Source of the DNA: Macrostomum hystrix
Lineage: Eukaryota; Animalia; Platyhelminthes
Direction of reading: 5' to 3'
DNA: 64,000 nt
Assembly: GCA_950097015.1 (NCBI GenBank)
Contig: CATNEN010000001.1
Span: 25,482,001-25,546,000 of the forward strand
A program made the translations under genes and the position numbers. The notes beneath the pieces were generated by a model. That model had not been told where the DNA came from. It saw only the letters and a program-made list of their open reading frames with translations, and made no database searches. Below, one piece after another: positions 26,420 to 39,400 of the stretch (the stretch's first letter is position 1; each line of letters opens with the position of its first letter).

Positions 26420-27385
26420 CAAGGCCTGGGGATACACCACATTCTTCGTTCTTCCCCTTGGTGCAAAAATGAATAGGCCAGCTGGAGTTCCAACACGGGA
26501 GCAGGCGACATAAAGCTGCCCATGCGAGAAGCAAGGAGTCTCCAGGTTGATGCCAGCCATGCACCTTCAGCGACTGTCCCTGAGCCTTGTTAATAGTCAT
26601 CGCAAAGCACACTCTCACAGGGAACTGCAGTCGCTTGAACTGAAATGGCAGGTCCGTGGGGATAATTGGAATCCGGGGAACGAACACAGACTCTCCTCTG
26701 CCAGATCCAGTCATTATCGTGGCCTCAATCACGTGTGGGAAGAGCCGCCTGACTATCAGTCTGGTGCCGTTACACAGCCTTGGCGCATTCAGGTTGTGGA
26801 GGAGCATAATTGGTGCCCCAACTTTCAGCTGCAAGTTGTGCGATGGAGTTCCAGGAGGATCTAGAGAGTTCAGAAACTCAACAGGATACTCCACAGCGGT
26901 GTCATCAGTCAACGTTGTATCAATTGACTTGTAGGTGAAAACTGCACCTGGCAACTCCTGAAGCAGTTGGTAGTTAATTTCGTTGGCGGCATCATTTCTA
27001 GGACACAGAATAGCCCTCTCTGACAGCCAGTCAACGTCAGCATATCGAACCATCAGGTTCGGGTAAACTTTTGCCTTGAGCTCCTGCACTGACTGCACAA
27101 TGGTTCCGATTGTAGCGATCGATGACTGCCCATCCTCGGTGCTAATCTCCAGCAGATCATTGCCGATTCGCAATAGATTGGCAGAGAACTCATGAGCTGT
27201 TTCGTCTCCTTGAATTGTAGCTCTCATGTTTGTTCGTACAGGTGCAACTTCACAACCGATGGCCACAGGTGAGATGATTTTAGGCAAGCATTAATCTCAT
27301 CAGCAGGAGTGCCACGAGGAATCACAGGCAGCGTCTGTCTAAAGTCTCCAGACAGCAGCAGAGTGACACCACCCATCAGTTGATC
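26420..27385 (-). pseudogene. Helitron PIF1-family helicase C-terminal fragment, frameshifted
   Basis: Motifs GDFRQTLPVI, RAILCPRN, LKVGAPIMLL-N-RLCNGTRL and QFPVRVCFAMTINKAQGQSL are split over frames; no Rep domain. Confidence 0.88.
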
Positions 27386-28103
27386 GCCAGCCTCTCTCTT
27401 TCTTCTATCCCAGGCTGGCTGGAGAGAAATATCGCCCTGCGCACTGGGACGCCACCGCACTCAGTCTCAGTGCTGCTTGGGGGCCAGTAGACAGTCTAGG
27501 GGTTTGGGCTGTGTACATTCACGGCTTGAAGTACAATGTACAGTCTGGGGCTTCGGCGCCCGGGGAAGGGAGGGGGTGGCTGTAATAAAATTTGGCCCGC
27601 AGAGTGGCGGAGGGGAGTTGGGGTGGCTGTCCTAGGAAAACAAAAAGTGACTCACTTTGAGATGATGCAGCTTTGCTCTGGATTGAGTAGAGATGTTCAA
27701 AATTGACAGCATTGTTGGAAAACATGTAAAGTGTAAGTGGATCAAATTTGGAGAAAATCTGACAAAGTGGGGCGACGATATGTCGAATTGAGTGATTTTT
27801 TGACGATTTTTGAGCAGTTTTTTGCACTTTTGAGCAGGAAGGAAATGATTTTTCGGGAATTTGAGTAGCCTATTGCACTCAGCGTAGGTGGTTTTAGGTA
27901 TGTGCAAAGTTTGGTGCGATTTGGTTGAGCGGTTTCGGCGTCTATAAAGACAAAAGGTTGCACACACACACACACACACACACAGACAGACAGACAGACA
28001 GAGTTTTCACTTTTATATATATAGATTTTCTATGATTCTACTACTATAACATTCAGAATATAAAATTAGTTTTTTAAAATTCTGTTAATATATTCAGCAC
28101 AAT

Positions 28104-28540
28104 TCATCACACATCCACATTTCTCACCTACCCTAGAACACTGTACATCATTGAGCCAATCAGAACTCATCACACATCACATTTCTCACCTACCCTAGAA
28201 CACTGTACATCATTGAGCCAATCAGAACTCATCACCCAACCACATTTCTCACCTACCCTAGAACACTGTACATCATTGAGCCGATCAGAACTCATCACCC
28301 AACCACATTTCTCACCTACCCTAGAACACTGTACATCATTGAGCCAATCAGAACTCATCACACATCACATTTCTCACCTACCCTAGAACACTGTACATCA
28401 TTGAGCCAATCAGAACTCATCACCCAACCACATTTCTCACCTACCCTAGAACACTGTACATCATTGAGCCAATCAGAACTCATCACCCAACCACATTTCT
28501 CACCTACCCTAGAACACTGTACATCAGTGAGCCAATCAGA
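28104..28540. repeat. ~63-bp tandem repeat (CATTTCTCACCTACCCTAGAACACTGTACATCATTGAGCCAATCAGAACTCATCAC...)
   Basis: 7 units, most with a CCAAT motif. Confidence 0.9.
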
Positions 28541-28759
28541 GCGTGGCTTTGCTGATTGGTTGTCCATGGTCAAGACTAGGCCAGTTACCTAGATATAATT
28601 ATGACAATACAGATGTAGTCAACATAACTAACTAGTTAACCAAATAATCATTATTTACCTTCTGGTATAGTTAATTGTAGACCATTTGGTATTGGTGTTG
28701 TTTAATTTGGGAATATGTGACCTAATGAGACACAATGGTCAAGCATTCTTGAGATTTAG

Positions 28760-29115
28760 ATTTAGACTGCATCATCTGCACATGCAATTTAGACTGCATC
28801 ATCTGCACATGCAATTCAGACTGCATCATCTGCACATGCAATTTAGACTGCATCATCTGCACATGCAATTCAGACTGCATCATCTGCACATGCAATTCAG
28901 ACTGCATCATCTGCACATGCAATTCAGACTACATCATCTGCACATGCAATTTAGACTGCATCATCTGCACATGCAATTTAGACTGCATCATCTGCACATG
29001 CAATTCAGACTGCATCATCTGCACATGCAATTCAGACTGCATCATCTGCACATGCAATTTAGACTGCATCATCTGCACATGCAATTCAGACTGCATCATC
29101 TGCACATGCAATTTA
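28760..29115. repeat. 27-bp tandem repeat AGACTGCATCATCTGCACATGCAATT(T/C)
   Basis: 13 units. Confidence 0.92.
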
Positions 29116-30413
29116 GATATTTAAATAATTTACATACAAATACATTAACATATATATTTAGATTTACAATTTACACATCACTCAACTGATATGTATTAGT
29201 TCTCTGAAATCATTCAACTTTTCTTTCTTAAATTCTCGTGATTGTGATGATGCTTCTGTTAATGCTGTTTCTTAACTTTTGCACATGGTAGACATGTCTA
29301 GGTGTCCATTGTCTAGATTGGTCATTGCTTAGAGCAATATGATTGCTTTTCTAGTCCTAAATTCTATAACCATTTTTGCTATTGCTTAAGTTTATTTGTG
29401 TTGATTGAGTTTTAACATCCTCAAGTTAATATTATCTGGCACATTATCTAATATCTTGCAAGTTCTTACAGGCCTAAAACATGTATAAGGATAGACTTGT
29501 CCTAACCTTGGCCATAGCAGGGGTGTAGTTATCAGGGAATACAGGGATATTGTGACGAGTGTTTAGTTAGTTGTTGTGTAGCGGATTTGGGTTGGGATTT
29601 AAATATATTGCTTTTTAAGTTAGTTTGTTTGACTAGCTGTGACTTGGTAACGGGTGGGGACGGCGACGGCAACACTCAAAACATGTTTATTATTATAACA
29701 ACAGAAAGTACTAATTGGTTGTTGAATAAATTTGGTGCAATAATACCCAAGTGTACACTTAGGAAATAAGCCAATCAGATTATAGGGTCAAGGTCAGAGC
29801 CAAGTTCTACTTTCTAGTCACAGAATAAAATGATTATTGCGCAAAAAGTGAATGAAGAGTGAAGTGCGAAAACCAAAATAGTGTACCATACACAATATAC
29901 CGGATACTGTATTGTTATAATAAGAAAAGTAAGAAAGTAAGTATTTACAATAATTATACGGCTACGATAAACAAACACTGCCACAATATATTCTCCCATT
30001 TGTCTGCTTAAACAGTTGCCCATTATATAAGTTAAAGTTTACTGATTTTTATCGCCGTATTTTCATGTTTCTTTGACAATATTTAGCATGTTTTACAAAT
30101 GTAGAGTATGAATTATTGTACTAATGTACTAAACTAGAGTAAGTATGTATTCGCTAATAATGCAGTTATAATTTATATTTAAATATTTCCCACAGCTGCA
30201 GCATGCGCTCCACTCTACTGCCCTGTGAGTAGCCACCAAGGAGCACGATTCGAGAGCACTCCAAGGAGAGAGCGGCAGACACTGGCCAGCCCGTTGCCAT
30301 AGCAACAATTTCAGGCATAAAAGCTGTCTCCGAGCTGCAGCGGGCCAGAGGTGGAATCGCTGTGTGCTCACCTTGAGCAGTGCTCAATCTAACTCCTCAC
30401 TCTAATCAGTCCC

Positions 30414-33400
30414 ATGGCTGCTGGTGGCCCAAGCGATGACCAGGTGAGGGACTCAGAGAGCCAATCACAGTGCTCTTTCTATTGCTCAAATATTGACTGA
30501 ACTTGCCCACTGACTGTTGCATTGCCGACTCTCAGCTGCAGAGACTCGCCCAGCTGACCATCCAGGGCGACTATGGCCAGGTGCGCCAACTGGCGACGCG
30601 ACAGCGGGTAGCAAGCACAGATGGCAGCGGATGGACCATCTTGATGCTGGTGGCCGACGCTCCATATACTCCCGTGGAGGCTGAGAAGTGCGTATTGTAC
30701 TTATTTGAGTTGGACGCGGATCCGGCAGCGCGTGACGGGGCCGGCGACACGGCTGCGCACGTGGCAATCAGACGAAACCACCTGCGGCTGCTGGCGCTGC
30801 TGCCGTTCGATGCGAAGTGGCTGCAGAACGAGCGAGGCGCGACACCGCTGATGGAGGCAGCTCGGGCCGGCAGCTGGCGAACCGCGAAACACCTGCTGCA
30901 TCTGCTGAGGCAGAGGAGGTATAATGAGTATAAGAAGAGAGGCAACTCGAAGAGGGATCAGCTGCTCGGCCTGCAGGACAGCGAAGGTCGAACCGCGCTC
31001 GACCTGGCGAGGCAGGGCGGCCAGAGGCAGCTAGCCAGCTACATTGAGCGGTGAGTGATCAGTTCGCTGCTGTGCCCGATTCGCAGCATTGCAGCTGGGG
31101 TGGCCTGAGCATTGGTCGCAGCCCAGCCAATCAGAGCCAGTCAGCTGAAGCCGCTGTTGTTTGCATGGCCCAATGGGATTTCATTTCGGTGCAGTCGCTT
31201 TTGCATTTCTAGTTTAGCAACTCGAGCTAACTAATAAATCGATTGGAGGTCACTCAAATGGGAACTTGTCAATCTGGGAAAGCACTAGAGATGCAGGGGA
31301 ATTTTCTGCATGCAACTGAATTCCCCATGTGTTTGTGTCTCCCACGGCCAGTTTCCCTTCCCCAATACTTTGATTGGCTGGGATTTCACTTCCCTTAACT
31401 TGGAGATTCGCAAATAGGCAATCAGCAAATCTCCAATGGCCAGTGCCCAGATTTGTGTGCCACATTGGCAGCACTGAGAACTGGCATTTCTCATGCCGCA
31501 GTGCTTTCTCGACCCCAACACTTTGCTGATGCAGCGAATTTGAGGCTGAGTAAAAATGAGCTTGTCTGAAACTGCTGCCTGTTTGTGTGCGATGAGAATT
31601 TCGCATTTGATTTCTTCTGCTTTGCAGGGAGATGCGGCTGCGAGTGGATGAATTTGGCAGGATCTCCGGCCTGACAGCCTCGGTGAGTGGCATCTGGGGT
31701 GCCGATGTGGGTGCAGATGAGCAGCTGTGCTCAAATTCTCCACTCGCCTTTGCAGGAGGAGGCAGAGCGAGAGGAACTGGAGCGGCTGGCCGAGTCGGGC
31801 GACTCAGCGGGGCTGCGGCGAGCGGCGACCCGCGGCAACTGCGACCTGCCGGACAGGGTGGGTCAGACAGCGTTAATGCGGGCAGTTGAGAACATCCAGT
31901 GCTCTGACGGGGCTCTGTGGCAGCATCTGCTGCAGCTCGGGGACCCCACCTGTGCTGATGTGGGTGCTCGCAGTTGCCAGCACTGGGCAGCCGGGGCTGG
32001 CAATTCTGCCGCAGTCTCCCAGCTGCTCCATGCCGGAGCCTCCGCCAACACCAGGGGTTGGAGGGAATTCACGCCCCTCATGTGGGCAGCCGAGGCGCGC
32101 CCCGCCACCGCCGCCGCAGTCGGTCGGGCTCTGCTGGCCGCAGGGTCGGACTGGAGCCTGAAGGACGAAGATGGCAAGACTGCGCTGGATTTGGCCACAG
32201 AGGAGGGAAATAGCGAACTGGCCGAGCTGCTGCGTGGGTGAGTTGCCATGGCGACTGAGAATGTCTCTCATCTTGCATTATCGCACTGAGTGGGTGCAGG
32301 TCGCAGTGTTTCACTGATCGGAGTCAAAGTTGGTTGCAATTTTTAGCCAAAATATTTTCTGTCCAATCAGAGTTTTGCCCGCCTCTGCCACTCAAGCAGT
32401 TTTGCAGTGCCGTAAATAATAGCATTAATATTATCAGTGGGAATAAGGCTTTCCATTTGCTGCTTTTTATAGGTGAAAATGCGCACTGCGTACCGTGCGG
32501 GCCGCTCTGACAAAGCCCAATTTTCAGTGCGCAATTCAGAGTTTGTGCAGTCCGAAGCAACTTCTGCTTTCGACGCTGTGGAAATTGGGGCTTGTGAAAC
32601 GGCTGAGCATCGCTTCTGGAGGGGTGGGCGTGCGGGCGCTCTCCCATTGGCTGGCGGACTCCCCGCCACGTCTCTCCCATTGGCTGGGGGCCTCCGCCAG
32701 TCAGTTTTAGCGCTTCTGCGCCATTTCAGCCTAGCTGTTGCGCTGCTATTGCTGGAAAACTGACACAGCTGAGCTAAAATGCACAGTTTAGTCACAGTTT
32801 GCTGCTACTTGAACTGTTAATTGGCATTGGCATTAATTACTGCAGTGCCTTCAGCAAACACAAGCAAAGGACAGGACACACTCAGGACAAACACAAGTCA
32901 GCAATCAGACGCAGACTAAAGTGCATTGAATGAAAAACAGTCTGGCTGACTGTGGCTCACTTGGCGCAAGTGACGGCCTACAGGGTGGCTGTTAAGAAGA
33001 GGCCACCCACAGAGTGGGGGTCGAGGGCCGCACAGGCAAATGAAAATGTGCGGAGAGGCCCCCAGCGAAGGCAGGGACTGTGGAGTGGGGTGGGTGCCCC
33101 GCCTCTCTGCTCCCTCGTCACCTCTCTGCCCCCTCGGCACCTCGTCACCTCGCAGCCAGCGAGAGGCAATTCTGCCCATTTCGCTGACTCCTGAGCCAGA
33201 GACTTTTAGAAATAACAACTGGACCCGCAAGGCTTTCTTCTCCCCTGCAAGTTGAGGCCGGTTTTCGGCCAATCCTGTGAGCCAAAAAAGGACACAGGAT
33301 TTTCAGAATTTTGCTATTATTCCAAGTGGAAGCCTATTATCTTCGAATTTTCTTACTTTGAATTGACAAATTTTCGTAAACAAATTATTTGCATTTTTCT

Positions 33401-36400
33401 GGATCGCGAGATTTATTTTATTTTTTTTTATTAATGATACTTCTAATAGTGATTGATTAAATGAAAATAATACACCTAAATTAAGTTCTGCGCTTCAATT
33501 TACAATTACTTTACATTTAGAAATTGGGCATTGCAATACAAAGTAGCATTAAAATTGTCAAGCCGTGCTCAGGAGTATAAGGCAAGACTGCCCGTAGGCT
33601 TGGTTTGGGTTAGTAGCGAATTTAGTTTATTAGTCACGATGTATCACGATACACTTGCATATATATATAAGTAGACGAGTCAACAAGGCTTAAAAGTCAA
33701 CAGGTGTTGAGTACATCAATAATCAATATTCAGGCTGCGTACATTGGGTCAGAGTGCGGTTGGCGCGCAGGCCTGCAGATCTACCACAGTTCACTTGCTT
33801 AACACAGTTCACGGTTCATTCACGGCTCAAACCCCGGCACGTCATCTCCCCCCTTCGAACCGCTCGGGCGGCACGCCCCGATTCGCACGGAGGTTGTAGC
33901 TCGGTCTCTGGGGAGTCGCGGCCGGTGACGGCACTCTGCCACTGGCCGCTGGCGGCGGATCTGCGGTCTCCCCTGGCGCGCTTGCCTGGGTCAAGGACGC
34001 AGGCATGTTTTCATGTCGCGCTTCAGGCAAGTCAGCGGGTCTCGGAGCAACTTCGTGGCTGACTGCGGCTGTCGCAACGTCTCCATTGCCGCCGGCTTCG
34101 TGCCGACGCAGTTGGTCTAGGTAGGCGAGCGTGACCCGGTCACCCTGTCGCATGATCAGCGCCGTGTTGGACCCTTTCTGCGCCAGGAACTCCGCCTTCT
34201 CCGGTGTGGCACTCGGCGTTGGAGCGTACCAGACCTCAGAGCGGATCGCTGTCTTCATGGTGATGGGGTTTCGCAGCTGCCTTCCCATTAGTTGCGCCGG
34301 GCTGAACTCCCTTCCGGCGTGCGGTACACATCGGTAGTTCAGTAGGATCCGTGCGAGGAACGCGTCGTACGGCTCCTGCTGATCCCAGCCCGCCGAGGCC
34401 ACCTTGATTGTCTGCACCATTCGCTCGGCCAGGCCGTTGGACTGGGGATGATATGGTGGGGTTTTCACAGCGCGGCAGCCGATTTTGTGCAGCCAGCTCA
34501 CCAACCCCTCATCATGGAACTCTGCAGCATTGTCACTCACCAGGGTTCTCGGCACTCCGTTGCGGGCGAAGACCTCCTGGAGGACCCGCCTGACGGTGGC
34601 GGCGCTCTTGTCGGGCACTCGGATAGCCTCCGGCCAGGCAGACATGGCGTCGACCAGGATCAGCAGGAGCCCGACCTTCGGAACGTGAGCGTGGTCCATG
34701 TGCACGCGCCCCCAAGGCTCAGACTCGGCGGGCCATTGGTGGACACTGCTGTGACTACTTTGACGTTGCTTGGCGCAGGTGTGGCAGGCACGGACGAATC
34801 CTTCGACGTCACCGCAGTAGCCTGGCCACCAGACGGAGTTGCGGACCAGCGCTCGAGTGCTCGTGGCGCCCGGATGCGCCCCGCTGTGCACCAATTCCAG
34901 GACGCGACTGCGTAGTGAAGCAGGAATGACCGGGCGATCGCCGTAGCACACCACCGAGCCGTCTAGAGTGAGCGCATGTCGAATTGCTTTGAATTGCCGT
35001 TCCGCAGGCGAGCAACCCGACCAACGGTTTCCAGCTATCCTTCGAGTGATGTCCGCTAGCAGTCTATCGTGCTTTGTCTCCTCTGCCAGCTCAGTCCAGC
35101 CGATGACGCTTTCACCGGCCCAATGCACCAGGTGTTGTTGGGGTGCCGCCTCATATGGATCGTCCGGGACGTCAGCGAAGTCAAGACGAGACAACGCATC
35201 GGCGTGCGGGATGTCGACTCCGCGGGCGTACTCAATAGCGAAGTCAAATCCCATGAGGCGGATCGCCCAGCGCAGGATGCGGGCATTGGCGACTTTAGGG
35301 AGCTGCTGCCGTGCCCCGAACAGAAACTCGAGAGGGCGGTGGTCGGTTCGCAGAGTGAAGCGCTTGCCCAGTAGGAACTGACGGGACCTCTCCATTGACC
35401 ACACAATCGCCAGCGCCTCCCGTTCGATGTTGGAGTAGCGTGTCTCTGCCTCCGTCAATCGCCTGCTGAAGTAGATGACGGGATGACCTTCTTGCGTGAG
35501 CACGGTGGCCACCGCCTTCTCACTGGCGTCGGTCGTGAGCGTTGTTTCCTTTGTCCGGTCGTATGGCTGGATGATCGGGCTGGAGCTCAGGAGCTTCTTT
35601 AGCTGGTGGAAGGCCGCCTCCTGTGCAGTTGTCCAAGTGAACTCCACTCCCTTCTTGCGCAGCTGGTTCAGGGGCTCGACGATGTGCGCATAATTGTTGA
35701 CGAACCTTCCGAAGAAATTGCAGAGGCCGAGGAAGGACTCCAACTGGCGACGGTCGCGTGGTGCAGAGATTTCTTTGATCTTGCTGACCAGTCCAGGGTC
35801 CGGAGAGATTCCTTCTGCACCGATTCTGTAGCCGAGGAACTTGACGCTCTTGGCACCCAAGTTGGACTTGGCGAGATTTATGTTCATTCCGGCTGCCTGG
35901 AGGATCTTAATTACTTCATCGACTTTGGCTTTGAGATCTTCGCTGGAGCGACCTCCGAGCAGAATATCGTCTTGATAGATGACCTTGCCGTTCACCTCCT
36001 CAAGGGTAGTCTCCATGGCCTTTTGAAAGATGGCGGATGCTGACTTGAGGCCCGGCACGAGTCGGGTGTAGCGAAACAGACCGAGTGGGGTCGCAATCGT
36101 AGTGACTTCCCTGCTCTTCTCCTCGAGTTCAATCTGTAGATACGCGTCAGATAGGTCGAGGGTCGCGAAGTCAGTCATTCCGGCGACATCCGAGAAGATG
36201 GTCTCGACGGTTGGCATTGGATAGGTGTCTCCGCACACTTGATGATTGACCCCCGCCTTGTAATCGGCACAAATTCTGATGTTGCCGTTGGGTTTGAGGA
36301 CGCAGACGATTGGTGACGCCCACTCGCTACCGCCTTCGGTCACTGGTTCAATTATTCCTTCAGCCTGGAGGCGCTTCAGCTCTTGGTTGACGCGGTCGCG

Positions 36401-39400
36401 CAGGTGCAGCGGCACCGCTCTGGCTGCGCAGTAGAATGGCTTGGCACCTTCGATCAGCTTGATTCTGGCTTGGAAACCCTTCAGGCAATTGAGGTGCTGT
36501 ACTGCAGTGCCTTGGCCACCGACTGTCTGCCTCTCAGAGTTCCAATCCAGGTTGTCGAGGCCCAACAGCCCGTGTGACTTGTGTGCTGCAGTGACAACCA
36601 AGTCGACAGTGCGGAACTTGTCTTTATCATTCCACGTTGCTGTGAACTCGCCCAGGGTCTTGATTATGGATCCATCAAATTGCCTCAGGATTCGCTTGGA
36701 CTTCCTCAGCGCTGGACGCCCGAGCATCTCCCAGTGGCCCCTGGGAATGAGGCTTACGTCGGCGCCTGTATCCACTTGCATCTGCAGCTCTTTGCCGTTG
36801 ATCTTGACGCGCCGGAAGATGCCTTTTCGCTCCTTGTTCTCCGGTCTGATGACGAAGACGTTGGCGACATCTGGCTTCGGGGCGGCATCATCGTCCTCCT
36901 CCCAGGTCTCCAAGTGCACAGTGCGGGACCTGCAAACGGCTGCGTAGTGGTTTTTCTTGTTGCAGGTGGTGCACCTTTTGCCGAAGGCGGGGCATGAGCC
37001 CTGCTGGTGCGAACCGCCACAGTATTGGCACTTCGTCCTGGTTGTGTGCCTCGGCGATCTGGTGTCCGGAGGAAGCTGTGGAGGTGCGGCGCGCCGACCT
37101 GCATAGGCGATGCTTGACTCGGTGGTGACGGTGGGCCCGGTGCCGGCGTTGTAGTAGCGAATCTGCTCCAACTGCTCAAGCTCTTGCAGCACATCGGTCA
37201 GCAGCATGTCGATGCCCTGCATCCTCTCCAGCAGTCTGCGCTTGTGGTCCACGGAGGCAAGACCGTCCACGAGCCTCATGGTGATGAGTTCGTCCTCACA
37301 GGTCTGTTTCGAGCCTAGCTTCTCAAAACTGCACGAGGCAGCAGCTGCTCGGAGCCGGCGGTAGTACGATGCGACGCCTTCGCTCGGATCCTGCCTGAGG
37401 GAGAGGAATTTCACCCTCTCGGCAATGGTGAGGCGCCGCTTGGGCCGAATGGTTGCATCGATGATGTCGCGGATCTGTGCGAATGTTTTGGTCTCCAGGC
37501 TGTCTGGGGCAGCCATGAGGGTCAGGGTTCTCAGTGCCTTGAGGCCTGCCCTCGAGAGGAATAGATCAGTGATCTGGTGTTCCTCTTCCGAATCCTTCAG
37601 TTTCTTGGTCCGTGCAGCGGCCGCGAAACTGAGCAGCCAGGCTTCGGCTGTGTCTGGATCTTCCAGGTTTAGTTCAGATGCTTGCGATGCCATTGTCAAG
37701 CCGTGCTCAGGAGTATAAGGCAAGACTGCCCGTAGGCTTGGTTTGGGTTAGTAGCGAATTTAGTTTATTAGTCACGATGTATCACGATACACTTGCATAT
37801 ATATATAAGTAGACGAGTCAACAAGGCTTAAAAGTCAACAGGTGTTGAGTACATCAATAATCAATATTCAGGCTGCGTACATTGGGTCAGAGTGCGGTTG
37901 GCGCGCAGGCCTGCAGATCTACCACAGTTCACTTGCTTAACACAGTTCACGGTTCATTCACGGCTCAAACCCCGGCACGTCAAAAATATCAGTATTTAAC
38001 ACAAGTGTTGCTTATTTTCACTGTGAAACCTGTACAAGAAACCATCGCATCATAAGACATACAGAAAAAGTGAGTGGAAATGGAAAAACGACTATATTGT
38101 AGATTGAAGTAGCATAGAATAAAGAGCAATACAATGCACAAATGCGATTAACAATTATCAGCGCGCACCTTCACTTGTCAGTGCAGAGACCAGAAAGCTT
38201 GGCTACTTTTCTGCTTCTTGCAGCGCAACTCGCTGTTGACAAGTCCTTCGACAGGTTTTTCATCATGCAGTTAAAGAAGAACTTGACAACGCCGCCTTGA
38301 ATACAGTGGCCCTCTATGAAGATGTCGTCCTCCATAAGCTCGTCCACGAGATTGGTGAACAAGACCATCTGGTTGGAGGCGCTGAGCAGCTGGCCTCGCA
38401 GTCTTTCGCTCCTTCGAATCGCCTCAAAAACCTTCCAGCTGTGGCTCGCCAGGTTGAACACTACGTCAGTCGGCTTGGACAACCCGCCGCGGTTAATCTC
38501 GTCAATAAAGGCAGAGGCTGGATTGGAGCGTCTACTTCTAGCGGGGTCAGAACATCCGACTCGAGAAGAAGCTCCCGGCAGGACTCGCAGCCACGTCTGC
38601 TCTGCACCAGTTTCTTCGCAATGCAACCGCTCATGTAGTAGATGACGGTGTAGTCGGAGCCTTCGGGCTGAACAGTCAACTCCATCGTTGCCGCCATCTC
38701 CTGAGCCAGTCTCTTAATTCCAGAATCATGCTCGGGAGTCGACTCCGCGATCGCACGATCGATATCGCGGAGCGAAAACTGAGAAAATTTGAGCAAGCTA
38801 ATAGCTGTGATCTTTCGATTGTTCTCGGACAGCTGCCTGGCAGAAATGAAGTAGTTAGCTCCGGACATCTGGCGAAGCCACCCAAATCTGCGCTCGATGC
38901 TGTCAGACTGGAGGGCACCGAGCAGGATGTAGGAAAAGCCTTCGTGATCGAGCAGGTGTCTCGCGCAGGCAGCGATGGCTCGGCAGGTATTGCGACAGGC
39001 AAGGAAGGTCTCCTTGGACAAGCCGCGGTGGCCGGAGCTTTCCCAAGCCTGAATTTTTTTGAATTTTTTTAGACAATTTGCAGTGCAGTGAGCATATTCG
39101 CATATATTTCGTAGGCTGCAGGTCTTGATTGGGAATAGCTCTTTTTCCACTTTTCCAATAGGATTGGGTTCTTTAGTGGGAAAGAATGGAAAGTCACAAC
39201 TGCCGTTGCAGAGCATGCGTATCCACTTTTGCAGCCGACTGCAGAGCACTTGTTGACCATATTATTTGTATTTTAATGCAATTTATACTGAAATGATTGG
39301 GATAAAACAGGAACAGATATTGGGGATAAAAAGGCATTGGCAGATCCAGGAAAAGCTCACGCTTTTGTAGGCTGCAGTCAGAGACTTCTATAGATAACAA

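Larger units (their letters stand above)
25745..28025 (-). mobile_element. Internally deleted Helitron
   Basis: Minus-strand 5' end A|TCTATATATATATAAAA followed by (CTGT)n(GT)n; 3' hairpin GCCCC...CGGGC then CTAG|T at 25748-25745; internal PIF1 helicase remnant; no TSD. Confidence 0.8.

Noticed and set aside
37694-37723. Track start of the Gypsy 1 ORF at 37723
   Set aside because: It is a non-ATG start inside the 5' LTR; the first ATG is at 37693.
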